The notes under the pieces were generated by a model. That model did not search any database and was not told where the DNA came from. It saw nothing but the letters and a program-made list of their open reading frames with translations. Positions 1 to 12,494 of a stretch of 64,000 bases of DNA are shown here, one piece after another. The stretch is from Scenedesmus sp. PABB004 (taxonomy: Eukaryota). The DNA is taken from the NCBI GenBank assembly GCA_014905635.1, contig CM026547.1:1116001-1180000 (forward strand), written 5' to 3'. A program made the translations under genes and the position numbers. The first letter of the stretch is position 1. Every line of letters starts with the position of its first letter.

Positions 1-2378
1 GGCGCAAACGACACGCCGCCGCGCTCCTCGAACGACACCAGCACCGTGAACAGAGCCTTGGCCTGCTTGTCGCCCTGGCGCGCCAGGCAGCGACAAACAG
101 CGCCTCGGCGCGCGCGCTGCGTTGGCTCTGATCACCCGTCGCCCACACACACGCGCCCGGGCGCCACCCCGCACCTGCTGCTTGTGCGCCGTGAGCAGGG
201 CGAGCACGTCGTCCACCGCCGCGACCGCGGCGGCCATGAGCCCCTCGACGAGCAGCAGGTCGGCCAGCCGCACAAACGCGCCCAGCTGGCCCAGCTCGGC
301 CATGACGCGCGCGTAGTTGGCGGCGCGATCGACCTTCTCCTGCGCACATTTTTGCACGCGGGCAGCGTGTGCGGACGCGGCGCTCAGCGGGCAGCGCGCG
401 CTCCGCGGGGCGGTCCCCCGCCGGGAGGCCCCGCGGCTCTCCTTGGCACGCGGCCGCCCCCAGCACGCCGCGCCGCGCCGCGCCTGCTTTATGACCACCA
501 TCGGCCGCGCCCGCCCGCCGGCGGCGCCGCCGCCCTGGAAGGGCTCCACGCCGGTCGTGTCGGCCAGCTCCGCGGCGTCGCGCACCGACTCGGCGTACAG
601 CGCCGCCTGCGCCGCGACGTCTCGGCACAGCCGCTCGAGCGCCTGCGGGCAGGCCGGTTGGGGGCGGGGTCGGCGCCCGGCGCCCGGCGGCTGCGCTGCC
701 GCCTGGCAGGAGCGCGGCTGGGGCCGCGCGACAGACTGGCAGCGGGCCAGGGGGCCACTGATTGGGTACCTTTTGGACTTTGTCCACGATCGCGTCCAGC
801 GCAGGCTTGGCCTTCTGCTCCCGCGTGGCGACCTGCAGCTCGCCATACTCCTGCGCCGCGCGCGCCGCCGCGGTGGGCGCGGCACGCGCCGGCGGCGCCC
901 CCGCGACCCTACGCCGCCCGCACCTGCAGCGTGTACGTGTGGCTGGGGTTGGCCCACGCGAGGCTCACGCCGCGCAGCTGCGCGGCCGCCGCCGCGACCT
1001 CGCGCAGCGTGGCCGCAAACGTCAGCCGCCCGCCAAAGAGCTTCGCCTCCACCTGGGCGCGCACGCGCCTGAAGTTCTTGCGCCGCACGCCCTGCCGGCG
1101 CCGGGAGCGGGCAGCTCGTGGGCACGGCGCGGGGGCGAGGCGCGGCCGCAGGGCGCAGCGGCGCGGCGCGGCGCGGCCCCCGCCGCGCGCCGCGCGCCGC
1201 ACCCGGTGCCAGCGCCCAAACGCGCGGCGCGTGAGGAAGTGGCGGAAGAAGCCGATGCGGCTGACGGTGTCAAATAGGCTGCTCGACCGCACCCACGCCG
1301 CGAGCGGCACAAACTCGGCCGCCGCGCCGCGGCGCACCGCGACGACGCCGTTGGCGGACAGCGTGAAGTACTCGGGCAGCCGCCCGAGGCCCTCCCGCGC
1401 CGCGACGCGCAGGTCGTACGGCCGGAAGCGCGCGCCCTCCGGCGCGCTGGGCGCGGGGACACGGCGGCGCGGCGGCGCGGCGGCGCGCGTGTGGGCGGGC
1501 GGGGCGGGGGCGGCGGCCGCGGCGACCCTGCGGCTCAGCGCAGCGCCCTGCTGCGTGCCGCCCGCCCGCTCACCGCACGCAGTAGAAGAACTTGACGGGG
1601 CTGTCCTGCCCGTGGCGGCCGTAAAAGGCGACCACGTCCTCCCCCGTCACCACGCCGGGCACCGCGTCGGGGTCCGCGCCGCCGGGGGCGGGGTCGGCCG
1701 GGGCCGCGGCCGGCCCCCAGCAGCCGCCCGGGCTGCCGCCGCCGCCGTCGCCGGCATCCACGTCGGCCGCCTCGCCGGCCTCCGCCTCCCAGTCATCACC
1801 AGGCTGCTCCGGCGAGTCGGCGCGCGGGCGCTCCGCGTCCGACCACGCGTCGCGCGCCGCTGCGGCGCCGTCGTCGCCGCATCTGATGAGCTCGCCGCGC
1901 GGCTGCGGCTGCGGCGGCGCATGCTCCGCCGCCGGCCGGATCGGCCCCTCGCCCGACTTGCGCAGGCTGGCGGCGACGTCCGGCAGCCGCGGCACGTGCG
2001 AGCCCTGCGGGCCGCAGCAGCGCCGGCGGCGCAGCGTGTTGGCCAGGCCGCTGGGCGCCGCGGAGGCGCGCCGCGCGGCACGGGCCAGACGCCCGCCCGC
2101 GCGCGCCCCCGCTGTCGCACCAGGCGGCCGCCCAGCGCCGGCAGAGGCAGCGCCTGCGCGGTGAGGCTGCCAATCTTGAACAGCTCCGCAGGCGAGCCCG
2201 CGCGCGGGGCCTGGCCGGCGCGCGGCAGGTCGCGCGCGCGCGGCAGCCCGCCGCCCGGGCTGAGCGCGCCGGCGCCCCGCGGCTGCGCCAGCGCCGGCAG
2301 CCAGACGGGGCTCTCGGGCGGCGGCGGGCTGGGCCGCTGCCCGTCGCCGCCAGCGCTGCCCGCGCCGCTGCCCGGCAT
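1..2378 (-). CDS. Axonemal inner-arm dynein heavy chain, DNAH6/DNAH14-like; N-terminal tail exons only, gene continues past position 1
   Basis: Spliced translation gives VVAFYGRHGQDSPVKFFYC...FRPYDLRV...EYFTLSANGVV...EFVPLAAWVRSSSLFDTVSRIGFFRHFLTRRAFGRWHR...VRRKNFRRVRAQVEAKLF. This matches from memory the N-terminal signature of monomeric DNAH6-type dyneins. The ATG at 2378 is inferred and the motor domain lies outside the window. Confidence 0.72.
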
Positions 2379-3620
2379 CGCGCCGCGCGCGCTCACGCTG
2401 CTGCGCGCGCGCCGCGCGGCGCGGCTGCCTGACGTCCGCAGCTCATGGGCCGCTCAGGCGCCCTGCAGCGCGGCCCAGCCCACCGCGCCCGGCTGCGCCG
2501 CCTGCGGCGCGCTGCGGCTTGCGGGCGCCGCTGCTGCGCGCGACGGCCGCAATCGCTCCGAGCTCCCAGGCGCGCCGTGCGTGCCGGGAGCGAGTTTCTT
2601 GACGCTATCAGAGCGTGCCGGCGGCCGTGCAGCCCAGAGATAGCAGTCAGCGCAGACGCTGGCGGCGCTGCTGTGCACGTGGCCGCGTGTGTGAGCTGTC
2701 GCGTTGGTGCTTGAGCTGGCACGCAGGCTGGGCCAGTGGCGGAAAAGCAGAGCGGCCGCCGGGCTCTGCCGCAGAGCCCCGCGCGGCGCGCGCCAGCTGA
2801 CGCGCCCGGCGCTGCACGCGCCGGTCCGCAGCACGCGGCTCAGATTACAATGTGTGCGCGGGGCAGCCGAGGAGAGTCCGAAAATCGCTGCCCCGCCGTG
2901 CAGGTGCGCCCAACCCGCATGCGCCGCCGGCCGTGCTGCGTGCGCCCCGCCCGCCCAGCGCGCCGCGCCAACGGCAACGCCGCCGCTGGCGCCGCCGCCC
3001 GGAGACGCACACAGCCCGCCCGCTCGCACACACGCCAGCGGCGCAGCCCGTCAGCCCCCGCACCGCATGTGCCAGCGGCGCGCGCCCGCACTCCTGCCTA
3101 GGCTAAGGATCGCGCGCCGCCGCCGCGCCCCAGGGGGGCGCGCGCGCCTATCGTCGGCCCGGGCCCGCCGTCCGCGCGCGTCCGGTGGGCCCGCGGCGCC
3201 CGAAAGAAGGTGCTCGGTCAAGTCGAGGCGCGGTGCGTGGTGTGAGGCCAGCCCCGCGGCCGGGGGGCGCGCCGGCGCAATCGCCGGCGCCGGCGCCGGA
3301 GCGCCGCGCTGGGCCGCAATCAGCCGCGGCGCGCGCACCGCGGCGCGGCCTGCCTCGCGGCAGGCCGCACGCCGCTCTTTTATTTCTCAAACCAGACCCG
3401 CGCAGGGCAAGACGCACACCCATCAAGCAAGGCCCCAGGTCGCCGCGCGCTCCGAGGTTCTGTGGTCTCGGGCCGCCGCGCCCCGCGCCAGCATCCTGCG
3501 CCACCCGCCCCCTGCCGCCAGCCGGCGGCGCGGCGCCGCCCCGCGGCCACGCCACGGAGCACGCAAGCCGCGGGGCGGCGCCGCGCGCACGCGCCCGCAC
3601 GCGCGCCGCCGGGCTGGCGC

Positions 3621-6600
3621 CTAGGACTCCTCTGTCGCCTCGTCGATGCGCTCCACGCCGGACATGCCCTCCCGCTTGCCGGCTGCGCCCCAGCCGCCGC
3701 CGGAGCCGCCGTGCGCGCGCGGCTTGGGCCAGCCGCCGCCCGCGGCGCCGCCGCCGCCGCCGGCCGGCGCGGCGCCGCCGTCGCCCGCCGCGGCGCCGCG
3801 CAGCGCGTCGGCGGCGTCCCCGGAGCTGCCGAAGCTCGCCTGCTCGGCGATGCCCCAGGACCGCCCGCCGAGGCGGCGGCGCACGGGGCCCGAGAAAGTC
3901 TGCATCAGCCGCGATGCCGACCAGTCGCCCGCCGCGCTCTCGCGGTGCTCGATGCGCGCCGCGGCGCCGGGCGTGCCGCCGTCGGTCGCCGCCTTGCCGG
4001 CGCGGTGGCGCGGCAGCGGACCGCCCGGCGCGCCGGGCGCGCCGCCGCCGCTGCTCGACCCCCGGAAGCCGCCGCCCGCGCTGGCGAGCATCTTGGTGAG
4101 GTTGCCGGTGAAGGTGCGCACGAGCTGCTGGCCGTGGTCCTCGACGTAGTACCTGCGGCGCGCGAGGGAGCGGGCGAGTGAGCGGGCGAGTGAATGGGTG
4201 AGGTGAGCGAGGAGGGAGCGGGCGAGCCAGGGCGGCGGGCGCGGGCGCGCCGCAGGCCCCGCGCGCGCGCGCGCCGCCGCACCGGCCGTTGCCGCCGCCG
4301 CGCTTCATGCTCACGCGGCCGCCGCCGTGGGAGAAGCCGTGCGCCATGAGCGTGAGCGTGCGCGCGAGCACCGGGCGCGCGAGCCCGACGACCGCGCTGC
4401 CGCTGCGCGCGAGCAGGCCGCGCATCTCCGCCATGATCGCCTGCTTCACCTGCGGACACGGACGCGGCAGCGCGCGGCGCCGAGACTCGTCAGCCGCCGC
4501 CGGCGCGGCGCGCCGCGGCGAGGCGGGGCGTGGTGCACCCTGCGGCGCCGGCGCCGCGCGTGCCGAGCAAGCCCCGGCAAGCCTGTGCCCGACGGGGGGG
4601 CTCGCGCCGCCGCGCCGCGTGCCGCGTCACCTCTGCGTCGAGCAGGAAGGCTCCGTGGGTGAGGTCGTGGTTGTACATGACCTTGACGTGCCCCGCCACG
4701 TCGAGCATGTCCTTCACCTCCGCCGCGTCCATGAGGTCATCCTTGCCGCTGAGCAGTACCACGCTGCCGGGCGCGAGGTCCTCCGGCCACAGGTTGAGGT
4801 CGGACCTGTGTTGGGTGGGGCACGCAGCACGGGGCGGCGCGCGGCGGCGGCGGCAGAGTGAGCTCCCGCGTTGGGCCACACCGCGCGGGAGCGTGTGGGA
4901 GGAGCGGCGGGCGCGGGGGTAGCGGCGGCGCTCGCGGCGCACCAGTAGAAGCGGCGCGCAAAGGTGGCGCAGACGTGCATGTCGCGCGACGCGACGAGGC
5001 GGCCCGCGTCCTTGAGGTACTCCAGCAGGCTGCGGGGCGGCGGCGGGGGGGGGGGGGGGCAATGTGTGAGCCATGGCTGGAGAGTGCGTGGGCAGGCGGC
5101 GCGCGAGAGAGGGGACAGGACGGCTGGGCGCGGCGCGGCGCGGCGCGGGGGCTCACTCGTGCACGCCCCAGCCGCGCCAGTTGGGCACGCGGTACAGGAA
5201 ATTGTACAGCAGGTGCGGCATGAACTGCGGCGGCGACACGCGGCGCAGCGGCCAGGGGCGTGAGCTTGCCAGCGCGCGGGCTGGTCAGCCGGCGCGCGCG
5301 CGCGGGAGGGCGCCGCGTGGTGCCGTGCGGCGGGCGGCGCGCACCATGCCGAAGCACACGGGGTCAATGAGGCAGAGCGTGTGCACGCGCTTGCGGTGGT
5401 GCCGCGCGAGCATGCCGGCGATGAACGTGCCTGGCGGCGGCGGCGGCGGGGCGGGCGCGCGACGCGTGGCGCGTGACGGGAGAGGGCGGCAGCGCCGCGG
5501 GTGGGCTGTGGACCAGCGGGTGCGCCTGCCGCCGCCGCCGGGGCCCGCCGCCGCCGCCAGGGCCCGCCACGAGCGCCGCGCCGCACCGTAGGAGTGGCCC
5601 ACCACGCAGGCCTCCTTGACGCCCAGCTTGTCCAGCACGCCCGCAACGCTGTCGGCGACCTCGTCCGCGGTGAACACCTTGCTGCGCGGCGCGGCGCGGC
5701 GCGCGCGCGGGCGGCGGCGGCGCTCGGCCGGCGCCCCGGTGCACGCCGCGCCGCCCGCCCGCCCGTCTTACGCCCGCCCGCCCGCCTGCTTTGCGCCCGC
5801 ACCCGAGCCGCATCGCGACGCCGCGGAACTCGACCGCGATGACGGGGTGGCCGAGGCCGACGACGTTGAGGATCATCTCCAGGTACCCAGGCAGCCCCCC
5901 GACGCCATGCAGGAAGAGCACGGGCGTGTCGGCGCTGCCCAGGCCCTCGCTCAGCGCGCCCTGCAGCGGGTTGCCGAGCCCGCGCGCCATCACGCTCGCG
6001 CGCGTGCTCAGCCAGGGCGTGAGCGGCGGCGCGTGCGCGTGCGCCGCGGGCGGCGCCGGCGCGGGGGGCGGCTGCGCCTCCGCCGCCGCGGGCACGCCCG
6101 CGCTCGAGCCGCGGCTGCCCGCGCCCGACGCCGCCGACGCGGACGACGCGCTGCCGGCCATGAGCGCCGCCGCCGCGGCGTCGCCGCCGGCGGAGAGTCC
6201 GGAGTCGAGCCGCGCGGCCGCCTCGGTGGCGTCCGCAAACGGCGACCAGTCCGGCGGGCCCGCCTCAAACGGCGACGACTTGCTGCGCAGCAGCGCCGAG
6301 TTGGTGCGCGACGGCCCGCTGCCGCTGCCGCTGCTGGCCTCGACCTGCGCGCCCGCCGCCGAGCCGCCGGCGCCGCCCGCCGGCGCCGCGCCGGCGAGCG
6401 CCGCGCCGGCGCCCGCCGCCTTGAGCACGCCGCCGCCGCCGCTGTGCGCCGCGGGCGGGCGGTGCAGCGGCGGCAGCCGCAGCGCGGCCGCCGCGGCCGC
6501 GACGCTCGGGCCGGCCGCCGCGGCCGCGGCGCCGGTCACGCCGGACAGCGTGGGCGAGGTCGACCCGGGCGTCGCCGCGGCGCCTGCCATGTCGCTGAGC

Positions 6601-7210
6601 GCGCTGCTGCTGGTCGCGCGCGACGTCGTGGGCGGCTTGGCCGGCGCGCGGGGCGGGCCGACGCCGAGCGTGAAGTACGACAGCCCGCTGCGGTGTGCAA
6701 GCGCGGGCGCGGTCAGCAGAGCGGCGCGCCAGCAAGCAAAGCCCCGGCCGCGGCGGCCCGGGCGGCCGCGGCTCCAGCCGCGGGCGCGCGCGCGCGCGCG
6801 CACTTGTGCTTGTGGTGCTCAAAGCCCCAGCGCTTGAGCAGCTGGCGCGCGAACCAGCCGACCGCCTCGGTCGCGAGGTAGAAGGTGAGCGGGCGCCAGC
6901 TCGCGTTGAGCGGCTCCCAGAGGTGGCCCATGAAGTCGATGGCCTCGTTCTGCCCCGGCTCAAACTTGATGCGCCACGTCGCCTCGAGCTGGTCCACCAT
7001 CTGCCCCGGGATGTGCCCGAGCCCCATGTCGGCCATCTGCTGCCTGCGTGGCGGCGGCGCCGGCGCCGGCGGGTCAGTCGCGCGGCGCGCCGCCCCGCCG
7101 CGGCTGCCGCGGCGCGCGCACGAGCCCAGTGCGCGTCTGTGCGGCCGCGCACGCGCACACACCGCGAGCGGTACCAGAAGCCATACGCCATAAAGTCCTC
7201 GGCATTGCCT

Positions 7211-7241
<31 letters not shown>

Positions 7242-7876
7242 GGTGCGCCGGGGTCCAGGACGCCGCCCGCGCCCGCCCGCCTCCAGTGTTCAAACGCAGG
7301 GCCGCCGCCGCCGCGGCCGCGCACCGCGCTTGATGTCCCTGAAGGGCGCGCCCTTGAACCAGCCGCTGAAGTAGCCCTCGTAGTCGACGCCGTGGGGGAG
7401 GTCGTTGCAGAACTTCAGGAAGCGCTGGAAGGTCTTGCGCCCGTCCACGACCGTCGGCTCGTGCTTGTCCGGCTGCGAGTTGAGCTCGCTGTACCTGCGC
7501 GCCCCCCGCCGCCGCGCCGCGCCGTGCCGCCGCGGGGGGCTCAGCGGCCGCCGCCGCGCGGAGCGCTCCCACGCGCCGCGGCCGCCGCCGGCCCGGCCCG
7601 GCCGGCGGCGCGCCGCGCGCGCTGCGGGCGCGCCCCGCGAGCCCGGCGCGGCGCGCACCGGGGGCGCCAATAGAAGACGTAGAAGATGACCTCGATGACG
7701 CCCCAGGTCGCCAGCAGCGAGTAGCGGAGCGGCCAGAGGATGAGGAAGAGCGTGTAGGCCGCGGCGAGCAGCGCGGCGGCGCCGACGAGCCGCTGCGGCG
7801 TCTTGCGGTCGAACTGGAACAGCGGCCGCCCATCCTGGACGGAGCCCAGCGACCCCAGGGCGCTCAGGGGCGCCAT
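3621..7876 (-). CDS. Membrane-anchored alpha/beta-fold hydrolase (multi-exon)
   Basis: N-terminal hydrophobic helices (LVGAAALLAAAYTLFLILWPL, LLATWGVIEVIFYVFYW), then PVLFLHGVGG, nucleophile elbow VVGHSYG, LCLIDPVCF, acid SGKDDL and His LTHGAF. Stop TAG at 3621-3623. A long Ala/Gly/Ser insertion lies at about 5950-6650. Confidence 0.85.
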
Positions 7877-8492
7877 GGCGCGCCCGGGCGAGCGCGGGGC
7901 GGCGCCTCAGGCGCGGAGCGCCATCGCCCTGGCGCGCAGCCCTGGCCGCGAGCCGGGAGGGCGCCGGCGCGCTGGCAGGAGGTCGGGCGGGGTGGTGCAA
8001 ACCGGAGACGCGACTGGCGCGCTGGCGGGGCTCGTGGGCGGCGCGCGGTTAGCGGCGAGGTAGCGACCGCGGCGGGGTGGCGGCCCGGCTCGGTGCGAGC
8101 TCACGGGAGCTGTGGCAGGCTCAGGCAGGAGCTCCAGGTGGTCCCGGGCCTGCCCACTGTCGGCACTTGATTGGGGCTTTGCTCAGAGCCCAAACGCTGA
8201 CTGCGGCTGACTGCGAGCTCCACCAGGCGCCTGGCGATCATCGCAGCTGCGCTTCATGCTGGGCTTGCGCGGTTTAGCAGGAAAACGCGGCCAGGCACCA
8301 CGGCGCCGGCGGCGCGGTCGCCGCCGCCGCCCCCTCTTTTTTCGCGGCGCCGCGGCGGGCCGGCAGCGCGCTGACAGCTCGTGGGGAGCTCGCTGAGCTG
8401 TCGCTGAGCTGTCGCCAACCTGGTGGGGCTCCTCGCCGCGCGCCAGCCGGGAAACGGGGCTCCCGGTCTTGGCGCGCTCGCGAGCAGGCGCC

Positions 8493-11400
8493 ATGCCGCG
8501 GCTGCTGGAGCTGCTGGTGGTCGTCGCGGTCGCGGCGTCCGTCGCCTCAGGCGCGAGAAGGGGGGGGGCGCGCAGCCGCGCGGCGGCCAGCGGCCAGCCA
8601 GCAGCGGGAGCTGCCCCGCCCAACAACCGCCGCCCCGCGCGCAGGGGCGCGAGACCTGCGCGACCAGCGCGGCCTGGCCGTGCTGGGAAACGCCACGACG
8701 GCGCCAATGAGCAGCAGCGGGGGCAGCGCGGCGCCGCCCGGCATGCCGGCGCTCGAGCTGCCGCTGGAGTCGCAGTCGCTGCCGCCGCTGGACCTGCCGC
8801 CGCCGCTCGAGTCGCCGGCGCCGCTGCCGCTGGAGCCGCCAGCACCGCCGCCGCTCGATTCAACAGCGCCGCCGCCGCCGTCATCGCCAGCACCAGCACC
8901 GCCGCTGGAGCCGCCGGCGCCGCTGCCGCTCGAGTCGCCAGCACCGCCGCCGCTTGATTCAACAGCGCCGCCGCCGCCGGAGTCGCCGGCGCCAGCACCG
9001 CCGCTGGAGTCGCCAGCGCCGTCCTTCCAGCCGGAGCTGCCAGAGCCGGAGCTCCCGGAGCTGCCGGAGCTGCCAGAGCCGGAGCTCCCGGAGCCGGCCC
9101 TCCCGGAGCCCAGCCCCGCGCCGTCGGCGTGCGAGCCCATCGCGCTGGCCGAGCCGGAGCGCCGCGGCGTGCCGGTGCCGCCGCTGGCCCCCGGCGCACG
9201 GCCGAGCTTCATCGTGGTGCTCACCGACGACCAGGGCTGGGACGATGTCGGGCTCAACAACCCAGGCTACGTCCACACGCCGCACCTCGATGCCTTCATC
9301 ACCGGCGGGCTGCTGCTCGATTCGTTTTACACGTCCCCCCAGTGCGCCCAGACGCGCGCGGCGCTGCTCACGGGGCGCGACTTTGCGCGCACCGGCGTGG
9401 CGCTCGTGCACGGCGGCTACGACTTTCTCGACTCGAGCGAGGCCACCGCGGCGCGCGTGCTGGGCGACGCCGGCTACGACACCATCCACCTGTGCGGCGC
9501 GGGCACAGTCGCGCGCCGCCGCGCCGCCGCGCGCGCGGGTGCCCGCTCACTGCTGACCGACGCCCCGCGCGCGCCCGCGCCCGCACTGAACCGCAGCGGG
9601 AAGTTCCACAACGGCGACGTGCAGGGCTACGAGCCCTGGAACGTCGGCTTTGCGCGCTCCTTCTTCCCGCCGGGCATGGACCAGGAGGACACGCTGATGC
9701 GGTGCGCGCGCCGCCGCCGCACGCGCGGCGGCCAGCAGCATCGCACGCTCGGCCAGCTGCGCGCCGCGCCGGCGCCGGCAAGGCACCGCAGCGACACGCG
9801 TCGCGCACGCGGCACCGCGCCCGTGCACGCGCGCGCGCGCGCCCGCGCGCCGCAGCGTCAACCAGGACTACACGCGCGTGGAGGACAAGCTGCCGATGGA
9901 CACACAGCTCACCAACGCGCTGGCCGACTACCTGGGCAACGTGACGGCGGCCTCGCCGCCCTTCTTCGCCTTCCTCGCCACCAAGAGCGTGCACCTGACC
10001 GTCAAGAACGGCGCCGCCGCGCGGCCCTACCCCGCGCGCTTCCGGGCGCGCTATGAGGCCGACCCGCGCTATGCGGGCGTCGCCGAGGCGACGATCGACG
10101 TGTGGGCCAACCTGGAGTACCTCGACGAGCTGCTTGGCCGCCTGCTCGCCGCGCTGCGCGGCAGCGCCGCCGCGGGCAGCACGTTTGTCATGGTCATGGG
10201 TGACAACGGCAGCCAGCTGCTGCGCGGCGAGACGCAGCCGGGGCCAAAGCAGGCGCGGCGGCGGCGGCGCGCGCGCGCGCGCGCGCGTGGCGGCGGCGCG
10301 CCCCGCCCACCCCTGCGCACTGCCCCCCCCCCCTCCCTTCCCCGCAGACGCGCATGCCGAGCCGCATGCAGGGCTTCAAGCACTCGGTGCTCGAGGGCGG
10401 CGTGCGCAACTTCCTCGCCGTGCAGGGCCCCGGCGTGCCCGCCGGCGTCGTGGACAGCACGCTGGTGGACATCAAGGACGTCCTCCCCACCATGGCGGAG
10501 CTGGCAGGCCTCCCCGCCAACGGCACCAACCACTGGCCCTGGGACGGACTCAGCTTTGCCAACCTGCTCGTGCCGGAGCCCGAGCCAGAGCACGAGCCGC
10601 AGCCGCCGCCGCCGCCGGGGGCGCAGCTGGCGCCGCAGGAGGCGATGCAGCAGCTGCTCGCGGGGCTGCTCGACGCGGGCGAGCCGGGCAGCGAGCCGGG
10701 CGGCACTGGCGCGGCGCCGCCCGTGTCGCCGGCGCCGCCCGGGGACGGCGAGCCGGGCGGCGCTGCCGCGCCCCTGGAGTCGCCCGCGCCCGCCAGCGGC
10801 GACGCTGGCGCGCCGCCGGACGCCAGCCCCGCGCCGGGCAACGCCACGGCGCCGGCGCGCAGCGGGCGGCGCGGCACCGCGCTGGCCAGCCCCGCGCAGC
10901 TCGAGCGCCGCCTGGTCTTCCTCAGCGCGCACTGCTTTGACGCTGACGCGGTGCCGGAGCTCGGCCCCGACCGGTGCGGCCCGCGGGCGGGCCTCTCGCA
11001 CACTGGCGTGTGCGCGCCGCGCGCTCACACGCCGCCCCCTGCCGCCGCCGCGCTGCGCAGGGAGGTGCTGCGCCCGCAGCCGCTGTTTGACTACGACACC
11101 GGCGGCATGCTGCACAGCGTGTACGGCAAGCTCCTCCCCGAGCTCCTGCTCCACCACAACGCGAGCGCGCCGGGCTTTGAGGCGTGCATTGCGGTGCGCC
11201 AGGGCGACTACAAGTGGGTCGGCGCCACGCGCACGCTCTACCGCCTCACCAACGGCAGCCACGTGGAGCTGCCGTGCAGCGACGCGGGCGCCGAGCCCGG
11301 CGCGCCGGCGATCGCGGCGGGCCTGTCGGCCGCCGCGCGCGCGTGGTGGGCGGGCGTCGCCGCGGAGCCGCACTCGTTCGCCAAGCCGCTCTTCTACATG

Positions 11401-11962
11401 GGCCTGCGCGGCGCGCGCGTGACCAACATGCTGGCCAACGCCGCGCACGAGCGCACGCGCGGCGCGGTCGTGCTCGGCCCCAACGGCGCCAGCGGCTTCG
11501 CCGCCGCCGGCGACCGCATGTGCTTCAGGACCAAGGCGAGCGCACAGCGGCGGCGGGGGCGCCGGCGCCCAAGCGCGCGCGCGCCTTGACCGCGCCACAC
11601 CTTGACCGCGCGTCTCCACGCGCGCCGCGCCCTCCTCCTCGCCAGGTGATGACGGCGAGCCCCTACGAGGCCGTCATCTTTTACACCAGCCGCGCCGAGG
11701 CGACGTTCCGGCTCTCCTTTGGCACCTTTGCCGCCATCCGGGACGGCACCGCGCCCGCGCTCACGGCGCGGCTGCCGCCCCAGGCGGTGCTCATGGGCCA
11801 GTCCCTGGGCTGGCTCGACCTGCCCGCCGGCGACAATGCGACCGCGACCGAGGCGTGCCTGGAGCTCCTGGGCAGCGCCGGGCCGCCCGGCGCCCCGGTG
11901 TTTGGCTTCCTGGGCAACGTCCGGGTCACGCGCCTCCTGGAGCGGCCGCCGCCGCCGCCACC

Positions 11963-11993
<31 letters not shown>

Positions 11994-11999
11994 CCGCCG

Positions 12000-12031
<32 letters not shown>

Positions 12032-12166
12032 CCCGCCACCTCCGCCGCCGGTGGCGCCGGATGGGGAGCAGCCGGCGGCGTCGCCAGAGCCTGGCGAGGG
12101 GGCGTCGCCCAGCCCCGCGCCCGAGGAGGCAGTCGATGCGCCACCCGCGCCGGCTGAGGCCCAGCT

Positions 12167-12199
<33 letters not shown>

Positions 12200-12494
12200 C
12201 GTGCCGGTGCCGGATGCTGGCTCGCCGGCCGGCGCGGTGCCGGCAGCGCCGCTGGCGGTGCGCGCGCGGGGGCTGGACCTGCTCGGCCGCGACGCGCGCG
12301 TCCAGGCCTGGCTGCCGCCAGCGCCGGGCGGCGGCGCGGTGCGCGTGACCAGCGTGCGCGACGCCGACGCGGCGTGGACGGCGCTGCGCTTGGCCCACGG
12401 CTGGCCGGAGGGGCAGAGCGTATTTGAGTCGATGTACTCGGCGCAGGCCGAGGACGTCCCCGACGACTGCGCCGCGTGCCACCCGCCGGTCTGA
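8493..12494 (+). CDS. Secreted formylglycine-type (S1) sulfatase with Pro-rich, HRGP-like segments; 7 exons
   Basis: Signal peptide MPRLLELLVVVAVAASVASG, then PSFIVVLTDDQGWDD, TPHLD, SPQCAQTRAALLTGR, GYDTIHLGKFHNG, NLEYLDELLGRLL, VMGDNG, KHSVLEGGVR, DVLPTMAELAG, DGLSF and VRQGDYK. Introns at 8551-8644, 9492-9596, 9702-9855, 10253-10347, about 10974-11060 and 11536-11645 restore the frame. Confidence 0.9.
8755..9115 (+). repeat. Coding tandem repeats (LESPAPPPLDSTAPPPP and ELPEP) in the sulfatase N-terminal linker
   Basis: GCACCGCCGCCGCT(C/T)GATTCAACAGCGCCGCCGCCGCCG occurs twice and CCGGAGCTG/CCAGAG units repeat. Confidence 0.8.
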
